Below, piece by piece: positions 13,171 to 29,280 of a stretch of DNA of 64,000 bases. The DNA is from the human T2T-CHM13v2.0 reference genome, Homo sapiens. Position numbers and translations under genes: made by a program. Within the stretch, counting starts at the first letter, position 1. Each line of letters begins with the position of its first letter. The stretch lies in assembly GCF_009914755.1 (NCBI RefSeq), contig NC_060933.1; one strand, written 5' to 3'. The notes beneath the pieces were generated by a model. The model saw only the letters and a program-made list of their open reading frames with translations. It had not been told where the DNA came from and ran no database searches.

Positions 13171-14845
13171 TTTTTTAACTACTTTTTCAATACATTCCTC
13201 ATGTGAAGTGTTTGGCTCAGGGCTGTTTCCTATATAGTCTCAATCATCCAAATGTGTTAGGGGCTCCCTGCATTCAAAGTACTTTACCTTTCACCTTTTC
13301 ATTTACTAAGCCACTTAATTTGTAGAGGTTCTGTACTGGGCCTCGTGAAACTCAGCTTTTAAATAACAGAGATAATTTGAACCCAGGTCTCCCTGGACTA
13401 TAAAATCCATCATCTTAACTACCACACAGTGTATCCAGTAGGACTTAAGAGAGTACAGCCCAGTCTTAATATTAACCAAAGGAAAACAGAAGCCATAAAA
13501 TAAAACCTACTAGGAGAGAAAACAAACAAGAAGTTTTGATGTACTATGAACCTAATTTACAGAAGGCACTATTTGAGAATTTTCCTTTCCATTCACGCAA
13601 ATACAGAGGTTCAAGAGTGTGTAACCTCAGCAATTAATTGTTATTTCCTGTATGTTAATTACGCCATGAAGCAACATCCATTCTGTATGATGCCTCCATT
13701 AAGTATTATGCCCACTCCTTTTCATTTTCTCTGTTTATACAAATATAATTTCTTGATTATCCCATGTAGGTAAGCCTGCCTCACAGTTGGCCCATACTTC
13801 TCCATGTCTTAATATGGCCCAAAGATAGCTAGATTTAATTCTTTTTCATGGAATGATTTAGTGGTTTTTTTGAATGACCAAATACCTGTTATTATTTCTG
13901 TATGCCTAAGGAAATAAATGTTCCCCTTCTCTACCTGAAGCTGCTCTGCTGTGTGTACATGAGCATTCTTGTGTGTATGGGTGTACGTGTGTCTGTGTGT
14001 CTGTCTCACCTCCAGGGAAACCTAACACTATCGTTTTATACCATAACTGAATAAATCACAGCAGTCAGAGAGATGTGAACCCAAGGAAAATTATTATAAT
14101 TAATGGAAACTTCAGGGAAAGATGAATAATCCAAGGAGCTCAGAACTAACCCAAAATGAAAATAATAATAGTAAATGCAGCATCCTCTCTGATAAAATCT
14201 TGGGCCCAAAACTGCAACAAAATGAGAAACTCCATTTAGGTGGAACATGGGTGTTTTATCTTACCTCTTTGAATGTTGAAGGAAATCTGCTCCAGTAGAA
14301 TGAGTTACTTTGTATGAGATAGAAGGTGAAAAAGAGAGAAGAAATTGGCAACACTCTTAGCCCACTGAAAGCAGCCTGCTTCAGAACCTAAGGCCTTGTG
14401 GTTATTTTTACTCGCTTGCAAAAGTGAGGAAGGATGTTATAGGTCTCTTTGAGCCTCTTTGCTTTTACCCTTTATTTCTATATGATCTACATTTATATTA
14501 ATAAATTATTACATGCCATATAAGTTCCAGAATCATTCCTTTTGACAGTCCCATGGGATTTAATCCCCTCCTAAATCCCAAAATATAGAAAGAGAAAATG
14601 TTTGGGTACAGCACTGGGGCATCATGCATACTGAATATTCAACAATAACCATTTGAATGAGTGGATGATTTGGGGGTCATTCCTTACTATGTGACTGCTC
14701 TTCTCTCAGGCAGTCTTAGTCCCTGTGTCACTCTCCTAGTGTGTAGCCGGGCTGCTGCCTGAGTGTAATCCTAGCCTTTCAAGATAACCATTTATTATAT
14801 GGTGCTGACCCCTAACAACACAAGCCAGCTCCATCCTCTGGTACT

Positions 14846-14849
<4 letters not shown>

Positions 14850-14878
<29 letters not shown>
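14850..14878 (+). repeat. A29 homopolymer not attached to a recognisable retroelement
   Basis: Direct reading. Confidence 0.9.
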
Positions 14879-16228
14879 CAGTCATCTGTAATCGTGCAGG
14901 AGGAAAAACTAGTTGCGTTGGTTATATTGAATAGATACTTCCTAAATAGTTTTCAAGGGTGACCTGTGACTATGCTGAATTTCTGCCTTACATATTGATT
15001 TTCTAATGTAAATTCCATGTAATAATCAAATCTTCTCTGTTAACATTATGTTGAAGACTCATTCCTTCACTCAACAAATACTTATTGAGTGTCTGCTATG
15101 TGCCAGGCATTGATGCAAGAATCTGATTGATCTCAACAACTTAAACTATAGTAGATCCAAAGTGTTTATTCTGTGCTGAAAGCCTTTGTCATTTGCCCAG
15201 TCCTTTTTGTGTGGTATCCATAAAAAGCAGACCATGATAAACTTGCATAGGCTCTCAATGTCCCACCTAGAATGTAGATCAAAGGGATTTTGAACCTTTA
15301 CATAAAATTCTATTGCATTGTTCTAATTTTTCTGAAAATTTTAAGAACAAAAACACTGAAAAATTTAAGAATGAGTGGCTTAGGTGGTTTGACTGAGCTC
15401 ATGTATTAGGTAATATTGTATGGAGTCAAAGAATAAAAAGGATGAGATTGATAAACATCAACATTTAGGCCAGTGGATCCCTCTATGGATCTGAGCAGTA
15501 AAAAGTACAGAAGGGGCTTCAACTGTATGGATAATGTTTTATGTCTTAAGCAGCATTTTGGATTCATTGATATTCACTGGTTTATTCTTTGTACATTTTA
15601 TATATCATAAATATTGTGTATAATTTTTCAAAATGAACCCAGAAAAAGGAAAAGAAGATAATGATATATTGAGGAATGGAAATCAGGTTTTAAATTTTTT
15701 AAATATGTAAGGTCTCCTTTTTTGGAAAATGTAAATAAAAGAGTTCAGATTGGGGTCCTATTCCATGTGATGGTTCTCTCTGTTGGTAGGATGTTTTAAG
15801 AATTATTTCACTTATCCCTGGTTAACAATGTTTGTCAAATATCCAAAATTCGTGGTTAAAAAAATGCATTTTTGAAATTGCTCCACACTCTAAGGCCTAG
15901 ATCTTTTACCCAAAGCATTACAATGTGGTTACACTGGTGATAATGGAGTGATCTTCCCAGGAAGAAGGCACAAGGGGATAAATGAATTTTCAGGCATGTG
16001 ACACTGATTGACAGGGAAAGCCTGCACGGAGTGACCTCACTAACTAACGTCTTATTCTGCCTGGTTATCATTGGCCTTTATGACATGAACTTTGAGAAAC
16101 CCGCTCTCAGGGGATGATTTTTCTAGAGATAACATTGGCCCAGGACTAATAGAGCTACAATTTGCGGTCAAAATTGTCCTTGCTAATGTGTTCTTTCTTT
16201 CTCTCTCTTTTTAATATTTTGACTTCAG

Positions 16229-16346
16229 CGAAGGGAGCAATCTGACCCCAGCACATCACTACCCAGACTTTAGATTTAAGACATACGCTCCATTAGCATT
16301 CCGATATTTCAGAGAACTTTTTGGTATCAAGCCTGATGATTACTTG
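16229..16346 (+). CDS. PIP5K1B: PIP5K1B coding exon B (118 nt, phase 2 to 0): (S)[39 protein letters not shown]
   Basis: Acceptor ttttgacttcag|C, donor TTG|gtaaga; FKTYAP..FR..FGI PIPK motif. Confidence 0.96.
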
Positions 16347-17562
16347 GTAAGAACCTGTCATTTTTCTTCCTTCTATAGAAATGTGTGATGTAAACATTTG
16401 TCTCATAGCAACAGCAACAAGTGGCTTGTGTCTCTCATTTTATAAAGCTCTGGGGCATAGTAAAAGTTCCAAGTTTTATAATGATTATAAATTTAGCTTC
16501 AAGAAATTTGATGTGACTTTGTAGCTTTTACTGATAACTGCAAAATCTGTGGTGGTAATTGATATTTAAATAACTATAATATCAGTTGTGACTTCAGATA
16601 ATTATTCTAACAGATATGTTATAATTAGTTCTAAATACTCCTGTGAATTTTGCTGATTAGATTCTATTTGAAAGCCTTTCTATGTTAATTGCCTTATTTG
16701 TACCATTCCTCTCAACTACCTTGGCCCACAATCATTTCACCTTGGCCTACAAATTTGAGTAAACATTGTAAAGAATCTGGATAGTTTTGTTCTCAAGATC
16801 TCTTCAGGCAGACTTTTTAAACATATTTTTAGTTGGTACAAGGGCATATTTTATCCTCAGATTTGTCTGTGCTCTTCATCTGCCTTCTGGCACACAAGAG
16901 GTACAGACACAACAGCCTTTTTGTAAGAGGTAGTCTGATGTGACCTCAGAGTTTTACCTCATTCCTGTTCAAGAAGCCAGGAACTTTCTGTTACAAGTGA
17001 AAAAATGGTTTGTTTCATAATTTGATCACTGTTAACACCCTGGGGGCTCCTCAGAATTGGTTTCAAAAGACTGTAGGAAGAATGCCATCAAATATTTATT
17101 GTTCATCCCATTCTGAATGATCTTAATAAGACTTGAGCCAGATCCTGGGATAATGCTTTTCAGAGGAAGTATAGCAACACGTGTAACAAAGAGTGCTTAA
17201 TATGCATCTTATAATTTGGATAAGATGTAAATAATTAAAAGCTGATTCTACTCTGTGCTGATGAAGACTCTCGGATGTCTCCTCTGAATCTTCTTGTAAA
17301 GGAAAAAAGAAAATCTGTGAATGATCTTCTTTATTTGGTCCCTAAGAAAATCATATGACTTCTGCCTAATGAAGCAATACTGCTTCCTCAAGGCACATCA
17401 ATAAGTCTCCAAAGAATGGTGAGCGCAAGGTTGAAAGTCCCTAGCATACTGCTGCCCTTAAATGTATATATTACTCTCTTTCTCTCACCACTCCCCTTTC
17501 ATAGAAGCCTCAGGTGCCTCTACCCATCACTACCAATGCAAGTACACAAGCACACGCATTTG

Positions 17563-17565
<3 letters not shown>

Positions 17566-17613
<48 letters not shown>
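17566..17613 (+). repeat. Perfect (TG)24 microsatellite
   Basis: Direct reading. Confidence 0.97.
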
Positions 17614-17616
<3 letters not shown>

Positions 17617-18639
17617 GAGAACACCCTTTGGTTTCTAGCCATTCTGTAATTACTGAGGGTTGCCATCATTCAGGAAATATATTTGAGAAACCCAATGGGG
17701 TTTTGATATTATATTATGGAAAACAAGATCTCTTATCTTCTGCCACACACTCAAATTTAATGGATTCTCTTTCTGAATTTCCTTGAACTTCTCACCAGCT
17801 GAAGAGATGCCTTAGACTTGCGTTTCACACTGTTGATCCAGTCAATATGACCAGATGGATGCCTGTCTTTAGCCCTCCCATATCCATTGCCCCAAAGGCT
17901 GGAAGTCCATTCTTTCATTCATCTGGACCTCACAAATTTGCTTTCTTTGGGGAAGATCCTTTTCTGAACAACTTCCCACACAGCCTCCCCAAGTTTCCTA
18001 ATGAGTCTTTAAGCTGGAAAAATTATTTTCATAATGTGGTTAGAGTATTTACAAAGGAGCATAAGAATCTAAGCTCATCACTTCTCACAAGAAAAGTCTT
18101 TGTCCCTGTACCTAGCAAAAGGTAAATTAATCAATCAGTGGACACTTTGAACACCAATTATATCTAAAATGCTTTGCTCATAGTTGTAGGGAAATTCAAA
18201 AAACTGCAAGTCATGACACACAAAGAACTTAAAATCAAACTGGAATACTAATTTGTCTATGTAGAAAACCAATCAACTCTACCAGGCAATAAATGTAAAA
18301 ACTGAAGCAAAACATGAAATACTCTAGGGTTGAGGTAGGGGTCTTTCTCTTTGTTGGGGTGATGATTAGGAGGTCTTCTTATGAGCATGATGTGGTTTTA
18401 ACCATGCCTTAAAAACTACAAGGGATTTTAAAAGGTAGAAAAGAGATGGATGCTCAGGGGGTGAAGGGTTGGAAGGGGCACTGTAGAATCAGAGATGTGG
18501 ATGTGTTCAGTTTTCGAAAGGACATTTAGTGGACCAATATGGCTGGAGGGGAGAGTTTTTATCAGGAACATTATTAACATTATTAAGAGATAGGTCCAGG
18601 CAACTCAAATAAACAAGCTTCTAAATTATAGGAAACTAA

Positions 18640-20254
<1,615 letters not shown>

Positions 20255-23200
20255 TCAGTGTCTAGACACATCTCTGGGGCTTGCAAGAAACAGAACAAAG
20301 GCAGTGGCCTTAGCTAAACATAACTACCTGGTCCCCAACAGCTGCTGCCACCCACCTGTGCCTGCACTGGGGACACCTGCAGCACAGGACTGAGGCAGCT
20401 CCCCAACAAACTTTGGAGTCTCTGGAAGCTCACCTCCAAACCGCTCTATCTGGGACTGCACCTAATGATCTGGAGTGTGATAGATGAGGAAAGGGTCGTT
20501 TGCATGACACAGCATGCTTGAGTGTCAGGTATAATAACCTTCAGCGACTTTTTAGCTCAATCCTTCATTTTACAGATGAGGAATCTGAAGCTGGGATCAG
20601 CAAAGGGAGATGCCCAAGGTTACACACATTGGTGGGGGCAGAGCCTAGACCAAACAGTGGTCTCCCCATCCTTCCCCAAGAGCTTGAAGACCCTTCACCA
20701 GCTGGCCTCATGCTTTCCATATTTGATGAGAATCACAGACCTCTTACCAAATATGTACTCAAACTAGCCTCTTCCTAGCCCATTGACCTGTGATTGTCCA
20801 TTCTGAAGAATACAGCTGAAAGAAGTCAAACACCTTTAACAAAACACATTGTGGAAGAGTTTAGCTAAAGGAAAGCACAGAAATAGGAAATAAGACATTG
20901 CTTGAAAAACCCTGTGAAGAAACAAAGGATACAGTGCCAATCACAAAGTGCATCGTGGTGGCTGTCAAACTGGGGCTACTCAAACCCACACTTGTAAGAT
21001 ACAGTGAGTTAAGTTGGAGGTGTGGGAACAATCTCTAGCCATTGGTAACTCCATACTTAGGTGTGATATTGAATACCTGCGATATGTGTGTATTTCTACT
21101 TAGCTTTTTGCTGTTGCATCTGGATTCCTGCCTGAATTACTCTGTTTATGCCCTCCATCCCATTAAAATTCACCCTGTGCATGCTGATTACAAGTTTCAT
21201 GTTGAAACATGCATAATTTGGATTGTGAGACAGTATGGTGAAGGGGCTTCTGTACATACAGCAGTGCAAACTTTCCTTCTTCCTTATTCCTAGACAAACA
21301 CCTCCCAAGGCAAAGCCAAAGGGCCCCAGAGCATTCCCATCTCTGCTTGGGCAACCAGCTATGGGTTCTTTCCTTCTCCATCATGTGCCTGGATATTCAA
21401 AAATCCAGTAGAACTTATATGAGTCTTTTCAGGCTCACCTGCGCCAATAAGAAAGAGAGCAGAGTGAATATTTCATACTATCGGGGGAAGAAATGGCACA
21501 TAAAATTATCTCCACCACATGGGGCAAGTTTACATTGTTAATTTACACTGGCAGGGCCCAGCTGGGTTGTGCTCTGCTTTTTCTTTTTCTCCAGTGAATA
21601 TAGCAGGGAGACCCTGCAGGAAATAGAAGCAAGAGCATGAATACATTAGAACAGCTTGCACAGATGACAAGTGCCTGGAAGGTGCATAAAACCCAGGAGC
21701 ACACATGGGGGCTTTTGATCATGACTAATTAAAATGTTCCCATCTCTCCTCTTCATTTGCTCTTAAGAGGCAATGTTGCAAAGAAGGTGGCTTAGAAGAG
21801 AATGTGGTAACCAAGTTGTAGAGTGAGAAACCATAGAATTCTACAGCATAATGGTGATACTCCTGTTCAGTATCATAATCACAGTTTATTGCACATTGAT
21901 GCTAGTCTATGAATAGCCCCCAAAGGGTTATTAAAGTGGATCAAAACAATTTATTATTTCATTCGTGTTATGTATAAATGACATAATAAAAGAATATTTG
22001 ACAATGTAGTAACCAATGAAATAGTCTTCATATTATGTCACTGCATTTTTTTTTAATGTCACTGCTTATAGAAGAATTGGAGACTTTAATTGGGAGCACA
22101 TGTTCAGGTCTGAATCCAGTTTTTTCTAGACACCTCTTTCCGGATCACCCCCTAATTTCTCAATTTGCAACCTCTAATTTCTGCATCCTTTGTTGTTTTC
22201 ATATTTTCACAACATAAACTCCTACCCATAAGGAAGTTCTGTGTCAGGAATTCAAATGCCATGGAACAAAGAATCCAAATTCCTAAAGAGAGTCTAGGGT
22301 CTGCCTTTACTTTTTATGAGAGCTTGGAGTCCACACCTTTATATTCCAGGGTCCCAAATTCGTGAGTAAATGAGAAACCCAACATTTTCTTGCTTCACTC
22401 AGAATGTTTTAGTGTCTCTTTGGATCACCCTGAAGTCATGGGCAGTAGGCTGAGAACCTCAGTGTATCCTAGGGTGGTATCAGCTCTTCCTTACCTGCCT
22501 GTGGAATGAGTATATTGTAGGCCGTGTGCTTCTCTCACCTGTGTGTGATCATGTCATAAAATTAACAACAGCAATACATGGTCACTCTTTGCCAGGGTTT
22601 TCAAAAGCATTCACTTTAAAAACTTCCAGTGACTTTCCAGTAGATATTATTACCTTTATTTTAGAAATGAAACTTCTAAAACTCCAAGATGCTAAATTCC
22701 TTACTCAGAATCACATAACTAGCAACTGATACAAATCTCACGCCCTTTTCACAAATCGCTCTTCCACAAGGACACTTTGTCTGCACACATGGCTGGGCAA
22801 GTGCTCTCTGATTCCTCTCGGTTTTTATGGTGTCCTGTCTGCAGTCTGATAGCTATTTTTGTTTTCCTAACTTATCCTCAACTCATCTGTAGGCTTAGGC
22901 TCTAATGCTGTTTAGCAAGAGATTGTCAAGAAGCAAGGCTAACAGAAAGAAGGGGAAGTGGACGATCAAAGTTGCCAATGACTTAGGAAGCCAGCAGACA
23001 CTTGCTTCTTTCTTTTCTGGGATAATTTTGTTTCCTTTATCCTCAGTATTTTCAAAGCAAAATAATGTAAAAGATGTATCTAGAAGCTACCTTTTAATCA
23101 TGTTTCTGCTAGTTTCTCTCTCCCTCCTCTCCCTTTTTCTTTCAGTCTCCCTCCTTTCAGGTTTTTCTATGATAGGGACTTAAATATTCACAAGCTCAGA

Positions 23201-23885
23201 ACAAAAATTGTGGGATTTTTAGCCTTGATGTTTTTTCAGATGCCTACATCCTCAAGATATGGCTGTTTATATTACAGAGCTGTAGTATCAAAACAGCATG
23301 GTACTAGTATAAAAACAGACACATTGACCAAATAGGATAGAGAGCCCAGAAATAAACACACACACACACACACACACACCCTATAGTCAATAGACTTTTG
23401 ACAGAAGTGGCAACCACACACAATGGGGAAAGGATAGTCTCTTTAAGAAATGATGTTGGGAAAACTGGCCATCCATATTCAGAAGAATGAAATTGGACCC
23501 TTACCTCACATCATAAACAAGAATCATCTCAAAATGGATTAAAGTCTTAAATGGAAGGCCAGAAACTGTAAAACTACTAGAAGAACACATAGGGGAAAAT
23601 TGCGCAGTATTGATTTGGGCAGTGATTTCCTGAATGCAACCCCAAAAGCACAGGCAAAAAAGTAAAAATAGATCAAAAGGGTTGCATCAAACTAAAAAGC
23701 TTCTGCACTACAAAGGAAACAACAGAGTGAAGAGACAATCTACAGATTGGGTAAAAATATTTGCAAATAACGCATCAGGTAAAGGGTTGATATCCAAAAT
23801 AAATAAGGAACTCAAACTACTCAATAACAAGAAAACTAATAACCCTATTTAAAAATGAGCAAAGGACCTAACTATACATTCCTCA

Positions 23886-24210
<325 letters not shown>

Positions 24211-25112
24211 AGACATACAGATGGCCAGTAGATACATTAAAAAATGGTCAACATTCTTAATCATGAGAGAAAACCACAATGAAATATCACCTCATACCTG
24301 TTAGAATGGCTGTTATCAAAAAAGATAAAAGATAACAAGTGTTTGGTGAGGATGTGGAGCAAAGGGAACTCTTGTATACTGTTGGTGGGAATGTAAATTC
24401 ATACAACCATTTTGGAAAACAGTAGGGAGGTTCCTCAAATAGCTAAAAATAGAGCTACCATATGATCCAACAACCCCACCACTGGGTATCTATCCAAAGC
24501 AACGGAAATCAGTATGGCGAAGAGATGTCTGCACTCCCATGTCCACTGCAGCATTATTCAAAATGGGAAAGATGGAAGCAACATAAATGCCCATCAAAGG
24601 ACAAATGGATTTTTTTAATGTGATGTATATACACAATGGAATACTGTTCAGCCTTTAAAAACAACAAAATTCTGTCATTTAGAACAGCATGGATGATCAT
24701 AGAGAACAATGTGCTAACTGAAAGGAGCCAGGCACAGAAAGATAAATATCACATGATCTCACTTACTTGTGGAATCTAGAAAAATCGAACTCATTGAAGT
24801 AGAGGAGAATGATGATTACTAGAGGCTGAGGTGGTAGTGGGTGGATAGAGAATAGGGAAAATGTTGGCGAATGGATATGAAGTCTGCTGGATGGAACAAA
24901 TCAGCTCTGGTGATCCATTGTACAGCGAGGTGAACACAGTTAATGTATATCTTTCTAAATTAATTTAAAAAGTGGATTTTAAATATTCTCACCACAAGGA
25001 AGTGTGTATGGTGATGGATATGTTAGCCATCCTGATTTGTTAGCCATTCTACAATGTATTCATGATCAAAACATCACATACCCAATACATATATACAATT
25101 ATTATATCTCAT

Positions 25113-25375
25113 AGAAAAACAAATACTGCATGTTCTCACTTCTAAGTGGGAGCTAAGCTATGGGTATGCAAAGGCATGCAGAGTGGTATAATGGACATTG
25201 AAGACTTAGAAGAGGGAGGGTGGGCAGGGGATGGGGAATGACAAACTGCCTATTGGGTACAATGTCCACTACTCAGGTGATGGGTGCATTAAAATCCCAG
25301 GCTCCACCACTATACAATTAATCCATGTAATCAGAAACCACTTGTACCCCTAAAGCTATTGAAATAAAAAAACTA
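25113..25375 (+). mobile_element. L1PB-like 3' end nested in the L1MA tail
   Basis: gcatgttctcactt...gtgggagctaagctatgggtatgcaaaggc...ttgtacccctaaagctattgaaataaaa. Confidence 0.75.
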
Positions 25376-25427
25376 AAATTAAACAAATCATTATTTGTCG
25401 ATCGAAAATTTAAAAATAGAAAAATTT

Positions 25428-25744
<317 letters not shown>

Positions 25745-27416
25745 TTAAGCCCCTGCTTCTGCCAGGCTGGGTCTGTCTCACACCTGCATGGCCTCCTTAT
25801 CTTTTTCTCTGCCACCCAGTGTTTCTCTAGTCAATTATGTAGCTTATTAATTAATAAACACTGAGCTTAATAAAACCAAAAACAGACTTCTTTGCTGGTT
25901 TTAGCATTTTTTGGTGACATTTACAGCCATACAATTATTGGTGGAGTTCAGCCATCTGACGGAAATTTCTTGAGTACCAACCATGTATGTAGGCACCTAC
26001 CATGTTCCAAGGCACAGGTCCTGGAACTGTATCACAGTGTAAGATAGTCACAGTTTCTGCTGCACCGAGTTTTACAGTCTCTGCAACTCGAGGAAAAGGA
26101 AACAGGCAATTGCAGGATTTTGTGGTGACTTCTGTGATGAGAACATCCAGGGCCAGGAAGCAATTGATCTTTTATCCGCGGAACCAGGAAGAGTTTTCCA
26201 GAGCAAGTGCTGCCTCAGCAGGCACTGAAAGCTGAAGCTGTGGCAACAGTCTATGAATTATGCTCCCTACATCTTCCCCTTGTCCTTCTACGGTGGTTTT
26301 CTAACCCAACAGAGTGGTCCTCTGCTCCAGACCCTCCAATGGCTTTTCGGCCCCCTTAGAGAAAACAACAAAGTCCTTCCAGTGGCCTATAGCACTGGAT
26401 GTGGTCTGTCCCCTTGACCTCTCTGGCTCCATCCCTTTCAGGGCTCCTCCTTGCCCTCTCTGCTACAGCCACTGGCCTCTGCTGTGCCTTGAGCCCACCA
26501 CATCTCAGGCCTTTGCATTTTCTCTTCCCTCTGCCTGAAGTGCCCGTTCCCCAGATAGCCATGTGGCTTGCTGCCTGGTCTCAACCTCTGCTCCAATGTC
26601 ACCTTTGCAAGGAGGCCTTCAGTGACCACCCTATTTAGAATTTACTGCAACTCATTCCTCACTCTTTGCTGGTATTCTCTGCTGCTTTTTCCATGATCCA
26701 TTTTTTTCTCCACTGCACTTACCACTTTCTGATGTGTAATGTATTTACTTGTTTACTGTCTGTTTCCTCCTACTGGGATATAAACTTTATGAGTGCCTGG
26801 GACATAGCAGATGCTCAATAGTTATTTTTTAAATACAGCAATGAGTGGTAGGCAGGTGAAAGTAGAAGGGAGGTTGTCGCAGGCACAGGAAAACACAAAA
26901 GCCTGGCTGTTGAGAGTATGCAGCACTTTTAAGAACATGAGAAGTTAGTCTCTGTGGCTAGAGCTAAAGTTGAAGGAGGAAGTCATGAGAGAGAAGGCTG
27001 GGGAGGAGGCTGGGTCATTCATGGCCTTGGAAGCTCTGTTAAGAACCATTGATTTTTAGATCTCACAAATAAGTGAGAACATGCAATGTTTGTCTTTCTG
27101 CAAAAGATGTGAAAGCCCAGAAAAACATGAAGAGATTTGCATTTTAGAAAGATGCCTAGTTTCCTGGTGAATGTACTAGAGGGGATGAGAGTGGACAATT
27201 AAGACCAGAAGCTTGCCATAACAATCCAGGCATGAAATGATGAAACCTTTGAACTAAGGGTGTTGGCAGAGGCGGGCAGGCAGCATCAACAGTCTGGTTA
27301 GGAAAGATGAGGAAATGTGAGGAATCAAGGATGATGCCCTAGTTTCTGGTTTGGGGAATAAGGCAAATAATGCTTCCATTCTCTAAGGGAAAAGGCAGAG
27401 AACAGGGGGCAGATGA

Positions 27417-27921
<505 letters not shown>

Positions 27922-28507
27922 AGATGAACTTGATTGTGAACTTATTGCATATAAATTGTGTGTGGTATAACCAAAATAGAAATGTCTATTAAAGTGTTAG
28001 ATGAACAGGTCTTGAGCCCTAGCGAAAGATCTGGGCTAGAGATACAGATGTTGAAGTCATCTCCTTGTTGAAACCATGAGTAGATGATATCTTCTGGGAA
28101 AATCATGAAAAGAGAATAGGGTTGGTGTTCAAGTGATAAAACACAGTGCAGTTCACATCTTCACTTGTTATTTTATGGACATTTGCTGGAAACAAAGCAC
28201 CTTAGTCAACACAACTGTTTGAATTATCTCATTGGACTGATAGGATGATTCATGATTCTATCGCATGACTCTGGGGGTTAGGAGTGTATGTCTGTTTTTC
28301 ATCATAGAATTATTAAGATAAACAGACCAATTAAATCTTTAGAAATCTCAAAAAGAGCCTTCTCGGTATACGTGGAGCCTCTTTTAAAGCCCGTAGAGAG
28401 GCTTCTTGTTTCAACATAGCTAAGATGTGCAATGCTATGATTGTCCTCCTTGGAGGCATCACGTACATCAAGTATATGTTTTAATGTTTATTCATTTACC
28501 CTTTTAG

Positions 28508-28660
28508 TATTCCATCTGCAGTGAACCTCTAATAGAACTGTCTAACCCTGGAGCCAGTGGATCCTTGTTTTTTGTGACCAGTGATGATGAATTTATCATC
28601 AAAACAGTTCAGCACAAAGAAGCTGAGTTTCTTCAGAAGCTACTGCCAGGCTATTACATG
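28508..28660 (+). CDS. PIP5K1B: PIP5K1B coding exon C (153 nt, phase 0 to 0): [51 protein letters not shown]
   Basis: Acceptor ccttttag|TAT, donor ATG|gtaagg; G-loop GASGS and the catalytic Lys of IIKT. Confidence 0.97.
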
Positions 28661-28979
28661 GTAAGGAACTGCACATCATTAATGCTTCTACTTGAAGTTT
28701 AATTACTTTCCTCAACAGTTTTTTTCTGTTGTTTTTTTCAGTGACTCAGGCATGTTTCTTTCTCTTTGGTAAGCTTTATTCTGCATTTAAATTATGCTAT
28801 GACATTCATTGAATAGATTTTTTAAAGTAAACTAGAACTGAATGGCAGAGCATACTTGTTGAATCCCACAATCCTGAGTTCAAATCCCAGCTCAGCCAAT
28901 AATTAACTGTGTGACCCTGAGTAAGCAGCATAACTGGTCAGCCTTAGTTCCCTCAGTCTTTAAAGGCTGAGAAATACGT

Positions 28980-29280
28980 GGCCAGGCGTGGTGGCTCACG
29001 CCTGTAATCCCAGCACTTTGGGAGGCCGAGGCAGGCAGATCACAAGGTCAGGAGATTAAGACCATCCTGGCTAACACAGTGAAACCCCGTCTCTACTAAA
29101 AATACAAAAAAATTAGCCAGGCGTGGTGGTGGGCGCCTGTAGTCCTAGCTACTCAGGAGGCTGAGGCAGGAGAATGGCATGAACCCGGGAGGCGGAGCTT
29201 GCAGTGAATCGAGATCCCGCCACTGCACTCCAGCCTGGGCGACAGAGCGAGACTCCTTCTCAAAAAAAAAAAAAAAAAAA
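28980..29280 (+). mobile_element. AluY inserted in a MIR
   Basis: Y diagnostics; TSD gctg(a/g)gaaatac. Confidence 0.93.

Noticed and set aside
17416-17786. Cys/Val-rich ORFs (also 2833, 19946, 60130)
   Set aside because: Produced by TG/CA microsatellites.
23634-23852. L1 ORF2-like peptide
   Set aside because: Frameshifted fragment of a dead L1; reported as a repeat only.
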